DNA of 64,000 bases from an uncultured Collinsella sp. (GCA_900543505.1 UQSB01000002.1:15663-79662), one strand, 5' to 3'; shown: positions 9,516 to 19,474, counted from the stretch's first letter. Notes: generated by a model not told the origin, from the sequence alone. Program-made: numbers and translations.

Positions 9516-10871
9516 ATGCTTCTGGTCGCTAACGGTTCTGTCTTTACCCGCAATGCTCAGACCCCGTTCATTCCAAACGGTGCGGTCGCCATTGACGGAG
9601 ATACGATCGTCGAAGTGGGCCCCGAGTGCGAGCTCAAGGCCAAGTACCCGGATGCCGAGTACGTCGACGCCCGGGGCAACCTCATCATGCCCGGACTCAT
9701 CAACTGCCACACCCACATCTACTCGGGTTTGGCCCGCGGCCTTGCCATTAAGGGCTGTAACCCTACCAACTTCCTGGAGAATCTTGAGCAGCAGTGGTGG
9801 AAGATCGACGACAACCTGACGCTCGACGGCACCAAGGCCAGCGCCTATGCCACGATTCTTGACTCCATCCGCGATGGCGTCACCACGATCTTCGATCACC
9901 ATGCGAGCTTCTGCGAGATTCCGGGAAGCCTCTTTACCATTAAGGATGCCGCTCAGGAGCTGGGCATGCGTTCGTGCCTGTGCTACGAGGTCTCCGATCG
10001 CCGCGGCCAGGAAAAATGCGACCAGGCCATTGCCGAGAACGCCGAGTTTGCCCAGTGGGCCGCCAAGGAGCGTCGCGATAACGACAACCACATGATCGCC
10101 GCCATGTTTGGCGGACATGCCACCTTTACGCTGTCGGACGAGACCATGGATAAGATGGCCGAGGCCAACAACGGCCTGACCGGCTTCCACATCCATGTGT
10201 GCGAGGGCATGAATGACGTGTGGGACTCCCGCCTCAACCGCGGTGGCATCAGCCCCGTCGAGCGCCTGCTGCAGCACAATCTGCTGGGTCCCGACACCAT
10301 GCTCGGCCACTGCATCCACGTGACGCCTGCCGAGATGGATATCGTCAAGGAGTCCGGTACCTGGCTCGTCAACAACCCCGAATCCAATATGGGCAACGCC
10401 GTGGGCTGCGCCCCCGTGCTCGAATTCTTCCGTCGCGGCATCCCCGTGTGCATGGGCACCGATGCCTACACCCACGATATGCTCGAGAGCCTCAAGGTCT
10501 TCCTGATCATCCAGCGCCACAACGCCGCCATGCCCAACGTGGGCTGGTGCGAGGCAATGACGATGCTCTTTGAGAACAACGCCAAGATGGCCAGCAGGTA
10601 CTTCGATCGCAAGCTCGGTGTGCTCGAGGCCGGCGCTGCCGCCGACGTCATCGTCATGGACTACAAGCCCTTTACGCCGCTGAGCGAGGAGAACATCGAC
10701 GGCCACATGCTCTTTGGCATGATGGGCAAAAACTGCCGCACCACCATCATCAACGGCCGCGTCCTGTACAAGGATCGCGAGTTTGTCGGTATTGATGAGG
10801 ACAAGATCAACGCGTGGACCATGGCTGAGTCCAAAAGGCTCTGGAGCACGCTCAACGATCGCGCCTACTAA
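9516..10871 (+). CDS. ssnA: SsnA-type amidohydrolase (chlorohydrolase/aminohydrolase family) of the SDMH/urate cluster
   Basis: HxH metal motif (INCHTHIYSGLARG) and alignment recalled against E. coli SsnA; GAAGGGAG RBS before the ATG at 9516. Confidence 0.75.
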   Translation: MLLVANGSVFTRNAQTPFIPNGAVAIDGDTIVEVGPECELKAKYPDAEYVDARGNLIMPGLINCHTHIYSGLARGLAIKGCNPTNFLENLEQQWWKIDDNLTLDGTKASAYATILDSIRDGVTTIFDHHASFCEIPGSLFTIKDAAQELGMRSCLCYEVSDRRGQEKCDQAIAENAEFAQWAAKERRDNDNHMIAAMFGGHATFTLSDETMDKMAEANNGLTGFHIHVCEGMNDVWDSRLNRGGISPVERLLQHNLLGPDTMLGHCIHVTPAEMDIVKESGTWLVNNPESNMGNAVGCAPVLEFFRRGIPVCMGTDAYTHDMLESLKVFLIIQRHNAAMPNVGWCEAMTMLFENNAKMASRYFDRKLGVLEAGAAADVIVMDYKPFTPLSEENIDGHMLFGMMGKNCRTTIINGRVLYKDREFVGIDEDKINAWTMAESKRLWSTLNDRAY

Positions 10872-11019
10872 TTACAAGTAGATTCACGCGCGTCGGATGT
10901 TTCGCCACATCCGACGCGCGTATGGGCGGCCTCCGCGGGGTCGCCGGCGCTGTGCTAGCGCTACACCGTATTTGCGCCCGCCGCGCGGTCTCGCCGGGCG
11001 TTACAGAGAGGAGCTCATT

Positions 11020-14019
11020 ATGAGCGACATCATGAGGCCGATCCCGTTTTCGCAGCTGATGAACTGGATCATCGAGGAGCACAAGACCCAGGACGCCATC
11101 TTTGGCGTGCGCAAGATGGTCACGACCAACCAGGAGGGTGCGCTTCCCATTTTTGACGAGCGCATCGAGACTCCGTTTGGCCCGGCCGCCGGTCCCAACA
11201 CGCAGCTTGCCCAGAACATCGTGGCCTCTTATGTGGCCGGTTCCCGCTTCTTTGAGCTTAAGACCGTTCAGGTTATGGACGGCGAGGAGCTCTCCAAGTG
11301 CGTCAACAAGCCCTGCATCGTGGCGCAGGACGAGTGCTACAACTGCGAATGGTCGACCGAGCTCGAGGTTCCGCAGGCCTTTGCCGAGTACGTGAAGGCA
11401 TGGTTCGCCTGCCACCTGATCGCTCGCGAGTACGGCTTGGGCAGCCCGGACGGCTTTGTCTTCAACATGTCCGTGGGCTATGACCTGGAGGGCATCAAGA
11501 GCCCCAAGGTCGACGCCTACATCGAGGGCATGAAGGACGCCAGCGGCTCCGACGTCTGGAACGAGTGCCGCACGTGGGCGCTCGCCAACCTGGACAAGTT
11601 TGAGCATGTCGATGCCGCGTTTGTCGAGTCCATCCCGGCGCGCGTCTCCAACTCCATCACTGAGTCCACGCTGCATGGCTGCCCGCCGGCGGAGATCGAG
11701 CGCATCGCGACCTATCTGATCACCGAGAAGGGCCTCAACACCTACATCAAGTGCAACCCCACGCTGCTGGGCTATGAGTTTGCCCGCCAGCGTCTGAACG
11801 AGCTGGGCTTTGACTATATCGTCTTTGATGATACGCACTTCCGCGAGGACCTGCAGTGGGCCGACGCCGTGCCCATGTTCGAGCGCCTGATTGCCCTGTG
11901 CGCCGAGCGCGGCCTGGAGTTTGGCGTCAAGCTGACCAACACGTTCCCCGTCGACGTGACGAGGAACGAGCTGCCTTCCACCGAGATGTACATGTCCGGC
12001 CGTTCGCTGTTCTCACTGACCATCGAGGCCGCCCGCCGCATTACCGAGCAGTTTGACGGCAAGCTGCGCATCAGCTACTCCGGTGGTGCCACGGTCTACA
12101 ACATCCGCGCCCTGTATGATGCCGGTATTTGGCCCGTTACCCTGGCGACCGACGTGCTCAAGCCCGGTGGTTACGAGCGCTTTAGCCAGATGGCCGGCGA
12201 GTTTACCGACCTGGACGGCAAGCCGTTTGAGGGCGTCTCGCTCGAGGCCGTGACCGCGATCCAGACCGACTCGCTCACCAACCCGCTCTACAAGAAGCCG
12301 CTGCGCCCGCTGCCCGACCGCAAGGTCGCCGGCAAGAGCCCGCTTTCCGACTGCTTTACCACGCCGTGCCGCACGAGCTGCCCCATCCAGCAGGATATTC
12401 CCGCCTACCTGGCGGCTGTTGACGAGGGCCGCTACGAGGACGCGCTTAACATCATCATCGAGCGCAACGCCCTGCCGTTCATTACCGGTACCATCTGCCC
12501 GCATCCCTGCGGCCGTGCCTGCGAGCGTGCCTTCTACGAGCCCGAGGGCGCCCAGATTCGCGCCAGCAAGCTCAAGGCCGCCCGCGAGGCCATGACCACC
12601 GTGCTGCCCAAGCTGCGCGCCCAGGACATCGCCAACGACGCCGAGCGCAACGTTGCCGTTATCGGCGGCGGCCCGGCCGGCCTGGCGACGGCGTTCTTCC
12701 TGACGCGTGCCGGCGTGCCCGTTACCATCTTTGAGGCCCGCGATTCGCTCGGCGGTGTAGTCCGTCACGTCATCCCCGAGTTCCGTATCGCCAGCGACGA
12801 TATCTCGCACGACGCTGAGTTCTGCCTGGCCTTTGGCGCCAAGGTGCAGCTCAATGCTCGCGTGGAGTCCATCGACGAGCTCAAGGCCCAGGGCTTTACC
12901 GACGTGGTCGTGGCCACCGGTGCCTGGATGCCCGGCTCTGCGGGCCTGGGCGAGGGCGCCGAGCTCGACGTGCTGGAGTTCCTCGAGGCCGCCAAGAAGG
13001 GCGAGAAGCTCGAGCTGGGCGAGGACGTCGTGATCATTGGCGCCGGCAACACCGCCATGGACGCGGCTCGCGTGGCCAAGCGTCTGGCTGGCGTGAAGAA
13101 CGTGCGCTTGGTGTATCGCCGCACCAAGAAGCAGATGCCCGCTGACGAGGAAGAGCTTGATCTTGCTCTTGCCGACGGTGTTGAGTTCTGCGAGCTGCTG
13201 GCCCCCAAGGCGCTTAACGGCGCCGTGCTGACCTGCGACGTTATGGAGCTTGGCGAGCCGGATGCAAGCGGCCGTCGCAGCCCCGTCGCCACGGGCGAGA
13301 CCGTCGAGCTGCCTGCCACCACGGTGATCTGCGCCGTGGGCGAGGGCATCGATGCCAGCCTGTACGATGCCGCGGGCGTCGAGCACGACCGTCGCGGCCG
13401 CCTTGCCGCCACCTCCACCGGCGTCGAGGGCGTCTGGGCTGCCGGTGACTGCCGTCGCGGTCCGGCCACCGTGGTCGAGGCTATCGCCGACGCCGCCGAG
13501 GTTGCCCGTGCCATCGCCGGTGTGGACTTTAACAAGTACGCCGACCAGAATGCTCAGGCCGGTCGCGAGGACGCCTGCTACGAGCGCAAGGGGTCGCTGT
13601 GCCGCGACAAGCGCAACTGCACCAAGACTCGCTGCCTGGGCTGCGGCTCGGCGTGCGAGGTCTGCTGCGATGTGTGCCCCAACCGCGCCAACGTTGCCAT
13701 TAAAGTGCCGGGCCTGGCCAAGCATCAGGTCGTCCATGTCGATGGCATGTGCAACGAGTGCGGCAACTGCGCCGTGTTCTGCCCCTACCAGGAGGGTCGT
13801 CCCTACAAGGACAAGCTCACCCTGTTCTGGAGCGAGGAGGACATGGAGAACTCCGAGAACGAGGGATTCCTGGCCGTGGACGAGGATCACTTTAAGGTCC
13901 GCGTCGCCGGTACGGTCCGCACCGTCTCGGTCGATGCCGTCAACACCGGCCTTCCCGAGGCCGTCCGCCTGACCATCAGGGCTGTGCGCGACAACTATTC
14001 GTACCTTCTTAAGAAATAG
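11020..14019 (+). CDS. ygfK: YgfK-type large Fe-S/FAD oxidoreductase (historically 'putative selenate reductase subunit YgfK')
   Basis: About 1000 aa; N-terminal DPD-like barrel, central NAD/FAD Rossmann (VAVIGGGPAGLATAF), C-terminal Cys clusters; GAGGAG RBS at 11005. Confidence 0.75.
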   Translation: MSDIMRPIPFSQLMNWIIEEHKTQDAIFGVRKMVTTNQEGALPIFDERIETPFGPAAGPNTQLAQNIVASYVAGSRFFELKTVQVMDGEELSKCVNKPCIVAQDECYNCEWSTELEVPQAFAEYVKAWFACHLIAREYGLGSPDGFVFNMSVGYDLEGIKSPKVDAYIEGMKDASGSDVWNECRTWALANLDKFEHVDAAFVESIPARVSNSITESTLHGCPPAEIERIATYLITEKGLNTYIKCNPTLLGYEFARQRLNELGFDYIVFDDTHFREDLQWADAVPMFERLIALCAERGLEFGVKLTNTFPVDVTRNELPSTEMYMSGRSLFSLTIEAARRITEQFDGKLRISYSGGATVYNIRALYDAGIWPVTLATDVLKPGGYERFSQMAGEFTDLDGKPFEGVSLEAVTAIQTDSLTNPLYKKPLRPLPDRKVAGKSPLSDCFTTPCRTSCPIQQDIPAYLAAVDEGRYEDALNIIIERNALPFITGTICPHPCGRACERAFYEPEGAQIRASKLKAAREAMTTVLPKLRAQDIANDAERNVAVIGGGPAGLATAFFLTRAGVPVTIFEARDSLGGVVRHVIPEFRIASDDISHDAEFCLAFGAKVQLNARVESIDELKAQGFTDVVVATGAWMPGSAGLGEGAELDVLEFLEAAKKGEKLELGEDVVIIGAGNTAMDAARVAKRLAGVKNVRLVYRRTKKQMPADEEELDLALADGVEFCELLAPKALNGAVLTCDVMELGEPDASGRRSPVATGETVELPATTVICAVGEGIDASLYDAAGVEHDRRGRLAATSTGVEGVWAAGDCRRGPATVVEAIADAAEVARAIAGVDFNKYADQNAQAGREDACYERKGSLCRDKRNCTKTRCLGCGSACEVCCDVCPNRANVAIKVPGLAKHQVVHVDGMCNECGNCAVFCPYQEGRPYKDKLTLFWSEEDMENSENEGFLAVDEDHFKVRVAGTVRTVSVDAVNTGLPEAVRLTIRAVRDNYSYLLKK

Positions 14020-14030
14020 GCGAGTCTCTT

Positions 14031-14510
14031 ATGGCCAAAGCTATTCAACATAACGTGGCCTACGTTGCCTGCGGAAGCGGTTGCGCCTCCGCAGGCGGCG
14101 ACGCCCGCTGCAGCGAAGGCTGCATTGGCTGTGGCGCCTGTGTCACGGCCTGCCCCCACGGCGCCATTGCGCTGGCCGATGGCATCGCCCGCGTGGATCG
14201 CTCCAAGTGCACGGGCTGCGGCCTGTGCGGCATGGCGTGCCCGCAGCGCGTGATTGCCTTTGTTCCCGGCTACCAGAACATCCTGGTGCGCTGCAACAAC
14301 ACCGATAAGGGCGCCATTGCGCGCAAGATCTGCGACACGAGCTGCATCGGTTGCGGCATGTGCGCTAAAAAGTGCCCCGCCGGCGCTATCCGCATCGAGG
14401 ACAACTGCGCCCATATCGACGGCGCGGACTGCCTGTCGTGCGGCATGTGCGCCGTCGTCTGCCCGCATGGCGCCATTCACGACCGCACCGGCATCGCCGC
14501 CGGCGTGTAG
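14031..14510 (+). CDS. Poly-ferredoxin with four 4Fe-4S motifs (RnfB C-terminus-like)
   Basis: Four CxxCxxCxxxCP motifs read from the translation. Confidence 0.8.
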   Translation: MAKAIQHNVAYVACGSGCASAGGDARCSEGCIGCGACVTACPHGAIALADGIARVDRSKCTGCGLCGMACPQRVIAFVPGYQNILVRCNNTDKGAIARKICDTSCIGCGMCAKKCPAGAIRIEDNCAHIDGADCLSCGMCAVVCPHGAIHDRTGIAAGV

Positions 14511-14522
14511 AAGGGAATCACC

Positions 14523-17300
14523 ATGGCACAGGAATTCACTTTTACCGTTAACGGCGTCGAGCGCACGACGACCCAAAACAAACCGCTGCTGCGCTACCTG
14601 CGCGACGACCTGCATATTCACTCCGCCAAGGACGGCTGCTCCGAGGGCGCGTGCGGTACCTGCACCATCCATGTGGACGGTGCGGCCGTCAAGGCGTGCG
14701 TGCTGACCACCGCTCTTGCCGCCGGCCGTAATATCGTGACCGTCGAGGGCCTGCCCGAGGACGTGCGCGAGGCCTTTGTGTACGCCTTTGGCGCCGTGGG
14801 CGCCGTGCAGTGCGGTTTTTGCATCCCCGGCATGGTCATGGCGGGCGCTGCGCTTATCGCCGAGGACCCCGAGCCCACCGAGGAGCAGATCAAGTACGCC
14901 ATCCGTGGCAACGTCTGCCGCTGCACCGGCTACAAGAAGATCATCGAGGGTATTTCGCTGGCAGCTGCGGTGCTCCGCGGCGAAAAGCAGATCGACGAGG
15001 ACTTGGAGCGCGGCGACGACTACGGTGTGGGCAAGCGTGCCTTCCGTATCGACGTGCGCAAGAAGGTACTCGGCGAGGGCAAGTACCCCGACGACATCGA
15101 CGAGCTCGATCAGCCGGGTCTGACCTATGCCAGCGCCGTGCGCTCCAAGTATCCGCGCGCCCGTGTGCTCTCCATCGATACCTCCAAGGCCGAGGCCCTG
15201 CCCGGTGTGGTGGGCATCCTGCGCGCTGAGGACGTGCCGGTCAACCAGGTCGGCCACCTTATCCAGGATTGGGACGTCATGATCGCGGCGGGCGATATCA
15301 CCCGCTGCGTGGGCGATGCCATCGTGCTGGTGGTTGCCGAGGACGAGGCGACGCTCGAGAAGGCCAAGAAGCTCGTAAAGATTGATTACGAGCCGCTGGA
15401 GCCCGTGCGCAACATTGTCGAGGCCAGGGCTGCCGACGCCCCGCGCCTGCACGACAGTTTCTTTGCCTTTGGCAACACGGTGGAGCTCAAGGACAACGTG
15501 TGCCAGAGCCGTCACGTGACGCGCGGCGACGCCGCCAAGGCGCTGGCAGAGAGCGCGTTCACCGTGACGCAGCGCTTTACCACGCCCTTTACCGAGCATG
15601 CCTTCTTGGAGCCCGAGTGCGCCGTTGCCTTCCCGTACAAGAACGGCGTCAAGGTGCAGTCGACCGACCAGGGTGCCTACGACACGCGCAAAGAGTGTGC
15701 CCACATGTTTGGCTGGGACAACGAGCCCGAGCGCGTGGTCGTCGAGACCATGCTCGTGGGCGGCGGCTTTGGCGGTAAGGAGGACGTTTCGATCCAGCAC
15801 CTGGCCGCGCTTGCTGCCTATAAGCTCCAGCGTCCTGTGAAGTGCAAGCTCACGCGTGCCGAGTCGCTCGCGTTCCATCCCAAGCGTCATGCCATGGACG
15901 GCACCTTTACACTGGGCTGCGATGCCGAAGGCAACTTTACCGGCCTGGATTGCGAGATCAACTTTGATACCGGCGCCTACGCTTCGCTGTGCGGCCCGGT
16001 GCTCGAGCGTGCCTGCACGCATGCCGTCGGTCCCTACAAGTACCAGAACACCGACATCCGCGGCTTCGGCTACTACACTAACAACCCGCCTGCCGGCGCG
16101 TACCGTGGCTTTGGCGTTTGCCAGTCCGAGTTTGCGCTCGAGAGCCTGATCGACCTGCTGGCCGAGAAGGTCGGTTTGGATCCGTGGGAGATTCGCTACC
16201 GCAACGCCATCGAGCCGGGCGAGGTTCTGCCCAACGGCCAGATTGCCGACTGCTCCACGGCGCTTAAGGAGACGCTGCTCGAGGTCAAGGATGCCTACTA
16301 CGCGCATCCCGGACACGCTGGCATTGCCTGCGCCATGAAGAACGCCGGCGTGGGCGTGGGTCTGCCCGATGCCGGCCGCTGCAAGATTCGCGTCGAGGAT
16401 GGCCGCGCCGTGGTCTATGCCGCCACGTCCGACATCGGCCAGGGCTGCAACACGGTCTTTTTGCAGGACGTTGCCGAGGCCTGCGGTCTGCCGCTTCGCT
16501 GCATTGCCAACGGCGAGTGCTCCACCGAGAACGCTCCCGATTCCGGCACCACGTCTGGTTCGCGTCAGACGGTCGTGACCGGCGAGGCCGTGCGCGGTGC
16601 CGCTTTCCTGCTGCGCGACGCCATGGTTGGCATCGAGGCCGGCAAGCCTGCGCCCGCCGCTCCGGTGAGCGCGCATGGCGACGGCGTCAAGATCGAGTAC
16701 GACGACGGTCGCGCCTACCAGCTGCGCACACAGGAACTCGTCGCCGGCCAGGGTATGCATCCTCAGGACCCTGCGGCCACCATCAAGGCGCTCGAGGGAT
16801 GCGAGTTTGGCTACGTGTATCTGGAGCCGACCGACAAGCTGGGCGCCGATGTTCCCAACCCCAAGAGCCACATCTGCTACGGTTTTGCCACACATGTGGT
16901 CATTCTGGATGATGACGGCCGCGTGAGCGAGGTCTATGCCGCGCACGATTCCGGCAAGGTGGTCAACCCTATCTCCATCCAGGGTCAGATCGAAGGCGGC
17001 GTGCTCATGGGTATGGGCTATGCGCTTACCGAGGACTGGCCGCTCAAGGACTGCGTGCCCCAGGCCAGGTACGGCACGCTCGGACTGTTCCGTGCGCCCG
17101 AGATTCCGGATATCCACGCCATTTACGTGGAGAAGGACGAGCTGCTGCCCGTGGCATACGGCGGCAAGGGCATCGGCGAGATCGCAACGATCCCCACGGC
17201 GCCCGCCGTGCAGAACGCCTACTGCGCGTTTGACGGCAGGCTGCGTCCAAATCTGCCCATGGTGGATACGCCCTACAGCCGCGTCCGCAACCGCGGGTAG
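14523..17300 (+). CDS. xdhD: XdhD-type selenium-dependent molybdenum hydroxylase (fused 2Fe-2S plus molybdopterin-binding xanthine dehydrogenase family protein)
   Basis: N-terminal 2Fe-2S cysteine pattern (CSEGACGTC, CGFC, CRCTGY) and a large aldehyde oxidase/xanthine dehydrogenase Mo-binding domain, 925 aa. Confidence 0.8.
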   Translation: MAQEFTFTVNGVERTTTQNKPLLRYLRDDLHIHSAKDGCSEGACGTCTIHVDGAAVKACVLTTALAAGRNIVTVEGLPEDVREAFVYAFGAVGAVQCGFCIPGMVMAGAALIAEDPEPTEEQIKYAIRGNVCRCTGYKKIIEGISLAAAVLRGEKQIDEDLERGDDYGVGKRAFRIDVRKKVLGEGKYPDDIDELDQPGLTYASAVRSKYPRARVLSIDTSKAEALPGVVGILRAEDVPVNQVGHLIQDWDVMIAAGDITRCVGDAIVLVVAEDEATLEKAKKLVKIDYEPLEPVRNIVEARAADAPRLHDSFFAFGNTVELKDNVCQSRHVTRGDAAKALAESAFTVTQRFTTPFTEHAFLEPECAVAFPYKNGVKVQSTDQGAYDTRKECAHMFGWDNEPERVVVETMLVGGGFGGKEDVSIQHLAALAAYKLQRPVKCKLTRAESLAFHPKRHAMDGTFTLGCDAEGNFTGLDCEINFDTGAYASLCGPVLERACTHAVGPYKYQNTDIRGFGYYTNNPPAGAYRGFGVCQSEFALESLIDLLAEKVGLDPWEIRYRNAIEPGEVLPNGQIADCSTALKETLLEVKDAYYAHPGHAGIACAMKNAGVGVGLPDAGRCKIRVEDGRAVVYAATSDIGQGCNTVFLQDVAEACGLPLRCIANGECSTENAPDSGTTSGSRQTVVTGEAVRGAAFLLRDAMVGIEAGKPAPAAPVSAHGDGVKIEYDDGRAYQLRTQELVAGQGMHPQDPAATIKALEGCEFGYVYLEPTDKLGADVPNPKSHICYGFATHVVILDDDGRVSEVYAAHDSGKVVNPISIQGQIEGGVLMGMGYALTEDWPLKDCVPQARYGTLGLFRAPEIPDIHAIYVEKDELLPVAYGGKGIGEIATIPTAPAVQNAYCAFDGRLRPNLPMVDTPYSRVRNRG

Positions 17301-17379
17301 GGTAGGGCGCGGACAGTCATTGCTGACGAGCTGTTCGCGCTCAACATCAACTGCATATGCTGCACCTTTGGCCCCAGCT

Positions 17380-17570
17380 CCATCGCGAGCCGGGGCCTTT
17401 TGTTTGGAGCGGAAACTGTGTCCCGGAATTGCCACTCAGAACGGGACGCGCTTTCCGGATGGCATGCTTGGCGGAAACTACGGCCCAGTTTTTGGCTCCA
17501 GAACGGGGTACATTTTCCGGAACGGTCCACGTGCGGGGGTGTACCGCCCCTTTTCGTGCTCCGCTTGTCG
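17380..17570. repeat. Left array of about 62-bp palindromic repeat units (half-sites GGAAAnnGCGTCCC / GGGAyGCnnTTTCC) ending in a 36-bp motif that is directly repeated at 19255-19290
   Basis: Read directly: ggaaactgtgtcccgg...gggacgcgctttccgg, ggaaactacggccc...ggggtacattttccgg. Confidence 0.6.
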
Positions 17571-17582
17571 GATTACGTTATA

Positions 17583-17643
17583 GCTAGACATATTATAGGA
17601 AGGTATAATATAGCTAGCTATAACGTAAAGGAAGGATGGCCCT
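17583..17643 (+). promoter_or_regulatory. AT-rich promoter region of the ATPase-nuclease gene with a 12-bp-arm palindrome (cgttatagctag...ctagctataacg) and a -10-like GGTATAATAT
   Basis: Direct reading; sharp GC drop relative to flanks. Confidence 0.4.
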
Positions 17644-19035
17644 ATGTTTATCGGAAGAACAGTGGAAATGTCCGAGCTCAATCGACTGTATGGCACGGGC
17701 TCCTTTGAAATGCCTGTGATTTACGGCCGCCGTCGTGTGGGTAAAACGCGCCTTATCACAGAGTTCATCCAAGGCAAGAAGGCTATTTACTTTCAAGCTC
17801 GTCGTACCAATGCGGAGGCAAACCTGCACGGCTTTAGCCAGGCGATACTTGCAGGCTCGGTTGGTGCTGCAGGCGTGTCGTTTCGTAGTTTTGACGAAGC
17901 GTTCGATGCATTGGCCACCATGGCTCGAGCGGAACGTTTGATTGTCGTGATTGACGAGTATCCCTATCTCGCCCAATCGAATCCCGAGATCAGCTCGTTG
18001 CTGCAAGACAAGATTGATCACCTGTACAAAGAGACCAGGCTCATGCTGATTCTATGCGGCTCGTCTCTTTCGTTTATGGAGGAACAGGTATTGGGCTACG
18101 AGAGCCCACTATACGGTAGGCGTACGGCCCAGTTTAAGATCATGCCGCTCGATTTTACGACGACCCTCGGCCTGTGGCAGAGCATGGGTCGCGAAGACGC
18201 TGCGGTTTGCTATGGCATGACGGGCGGCATTCCTGCATATATCGAGAAAGTCGATCCTACCGTATCGCTCAAGGACAACATCAAGCGTCTTTTTCTTACC
18301 CCTACGGGTTATCTCTTTGAAGAGCCGAGTAACCTGCTATTGCAAGAGTGCCGCAATCCCGAGCAATATGATGCGATCGTGCAAGCAATTGCTCAGGGGC
18401 GCTCGAAGATCTCGGAGATTGCGAGCTCTACGGGAATCCCTGCGAGCAACGTAAAGAGCTATGTGGATAAGCTGGCGTCGCTTGGGATTGTCGAGCGCGA
18501 GCTGCCCCTAAACGAGACGAGCAATAAGCGGGCTGTGTATCTGCTGAGCGACCAGATGTTTAGGTTCTGGTACAAGTTTGTGCCGCAGAACATTGGGCTG
18601 ATTCAAAACGATATGGCCGAGATGGCGTATAAGCGCATTGAGCCGCACATATCGGATTACATGGGTACGGTCTTTGAGCTTATATGCAGACAATACGTGT
18701 ACGAACTCGCGCGTGCGGGCCAGCTCGATGTGGTTCCGGCGAGCGTCGGGCGCTGGTGGGGGACGGATAATCGCACGCATACGCAGGAAGAAATCGACTT
18801 GATTGTTGACGATGGCGAGGGCACTGCGCTGTTTGCGGAGTGCAAATGGCGCAATGAACCGGCGGGCGAAGACGTGCTGCAAAAGCTCGTTCATCGAAGC
18901 GAGCTCTTTAGACGGCAACGAAAAAGCTATGCGCTTTTCTCAAAAAGCGGCTTTACGCAGGGATGTCGGGATGCCGCGGAGAGTAGGGGAGACGTCAAGC
19001 TGATCTCGTTTGCCGAGATGTGCGAGCGGAGATAA
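17644..19035 (+). CDS. COG1672-type AAA+ ATPase fused to a DUF234 PD-(D/E)xK nuclease-like C-terminal domain
   Basis: Walker A GRRRVGKT, Walker B LIVVIDEY, winged-helix segment, C-terminal D...EIDLIVDD...AECKWRN (D-ExK) motif; local GC clearly below genome average. Confidence 0.75.
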   Translation: MFIGRTVEMSELNRLYGTGSFEMPVIYGRRRVGKTRLITEFIQGKKAIYFQARRTNAEANLHGFSQAILAGSVGAAGVSFRSFDEAFDALATMARAERLIVVIDEYPYLAQSNPEISSLLQDKIDHLYKETRLMLILCGSSLSFMEEQVLGYESPLYGRRTAQFKIMPLDFTTTLGLWQSMGREDAAVCYGMTGGIPAYIEKVDPTVSLKDNIKRLFLTPTGYLFEEPSNLLLQECRNPEQYDAIVQAIAQGRSKISEIASSTGIPASNVKSYVDKLASLGIVERELPLNETSNKRAVYLLSDQMFRFWYKFVPQNIGLIQNDMAEMAYKRIEPHISDYMGTVFELICRQYVYELARAGQLDVVPASVGRWWGTDNRTHTQEEIDLIVDDGEGTALFAECKWRNEPAGEDVLQKLVHRSELFRRQRKSYALFSKSGFTQGCRDAAESRGDVKLISFAEMCERR

Positions 19036-19049
19036 CCAAGCGCTCTGAT

Positions 19050-19330
19050 GTGATGCTCGGAATGGGACGCGCTTTCCCCTTGCGGCCTTTGGCGGAAAGC
19101 GCGTCCCAGATTATAGCTCCAGAGTGGGATGGCCTTTCCGGATCGGCCCCTCGCGGAAACTGCGTCCCGGATTCGATGCTCAGGACGGGATGCCGTTTCC
19201 GATAGAGGCATGGGGTGGAAAGCCTCCCATTTCTAATGTTCAAGAAATGGGAGGCAGCTCATCGCGAGCTGGGCCTTTTGTTTGGAGCGGAGGCAGCATC
19301 CCAGAATTCGGGCAATCCGGTGGTCAGGGG
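19050..19330. repeat. Right array of about 4 units of the same 62-bp palindromic repeat (gggacgcgctttcc...ggaaagcgcgtccc etc.) plus the terminal direct repeat catcgcgagcygggccttttgtttggagcgga
   Basis: Direct reading; units are individually hairpin-forming. Confidence 0.6.
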
Positions 19331-19369
19331 TTGAGCGAGCGTCGCGCTAAGGATGCCAAGCGTAAAACT

Positions 19370-19450
19370 TTCAATGAACATAGCGTAAAAACTACATCCG
19401 CAACGGCGTAAAAACTACATTGGAAGTAGCGTAAAATCCGCATTGAAAAT
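19370..19450. repeat. Four degenerate tandem copies of a 23-bp unit (rGCGTAAAAACTACAT...)
   Basis: Direct reading. Confidence 0.5.
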
Positions 19451-19474
19451 GGCGTAATTTCGTATATCGCATGA

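Noticed and set aside
9369-10706. 445-aa minus-strand ORF
   Set aside because: Antisense to ssnA; Gly/Val/Ala-rich composition typical of a GC-driven spurious frame.
12013-17435. Very long minus-strand ORFs (625 aa and 1146 aa)
   Set aside because: Entirely antisense to ygfK and xdhD, which have clear domain motifs; reverse frames of GC-rich genes stay open by chance.
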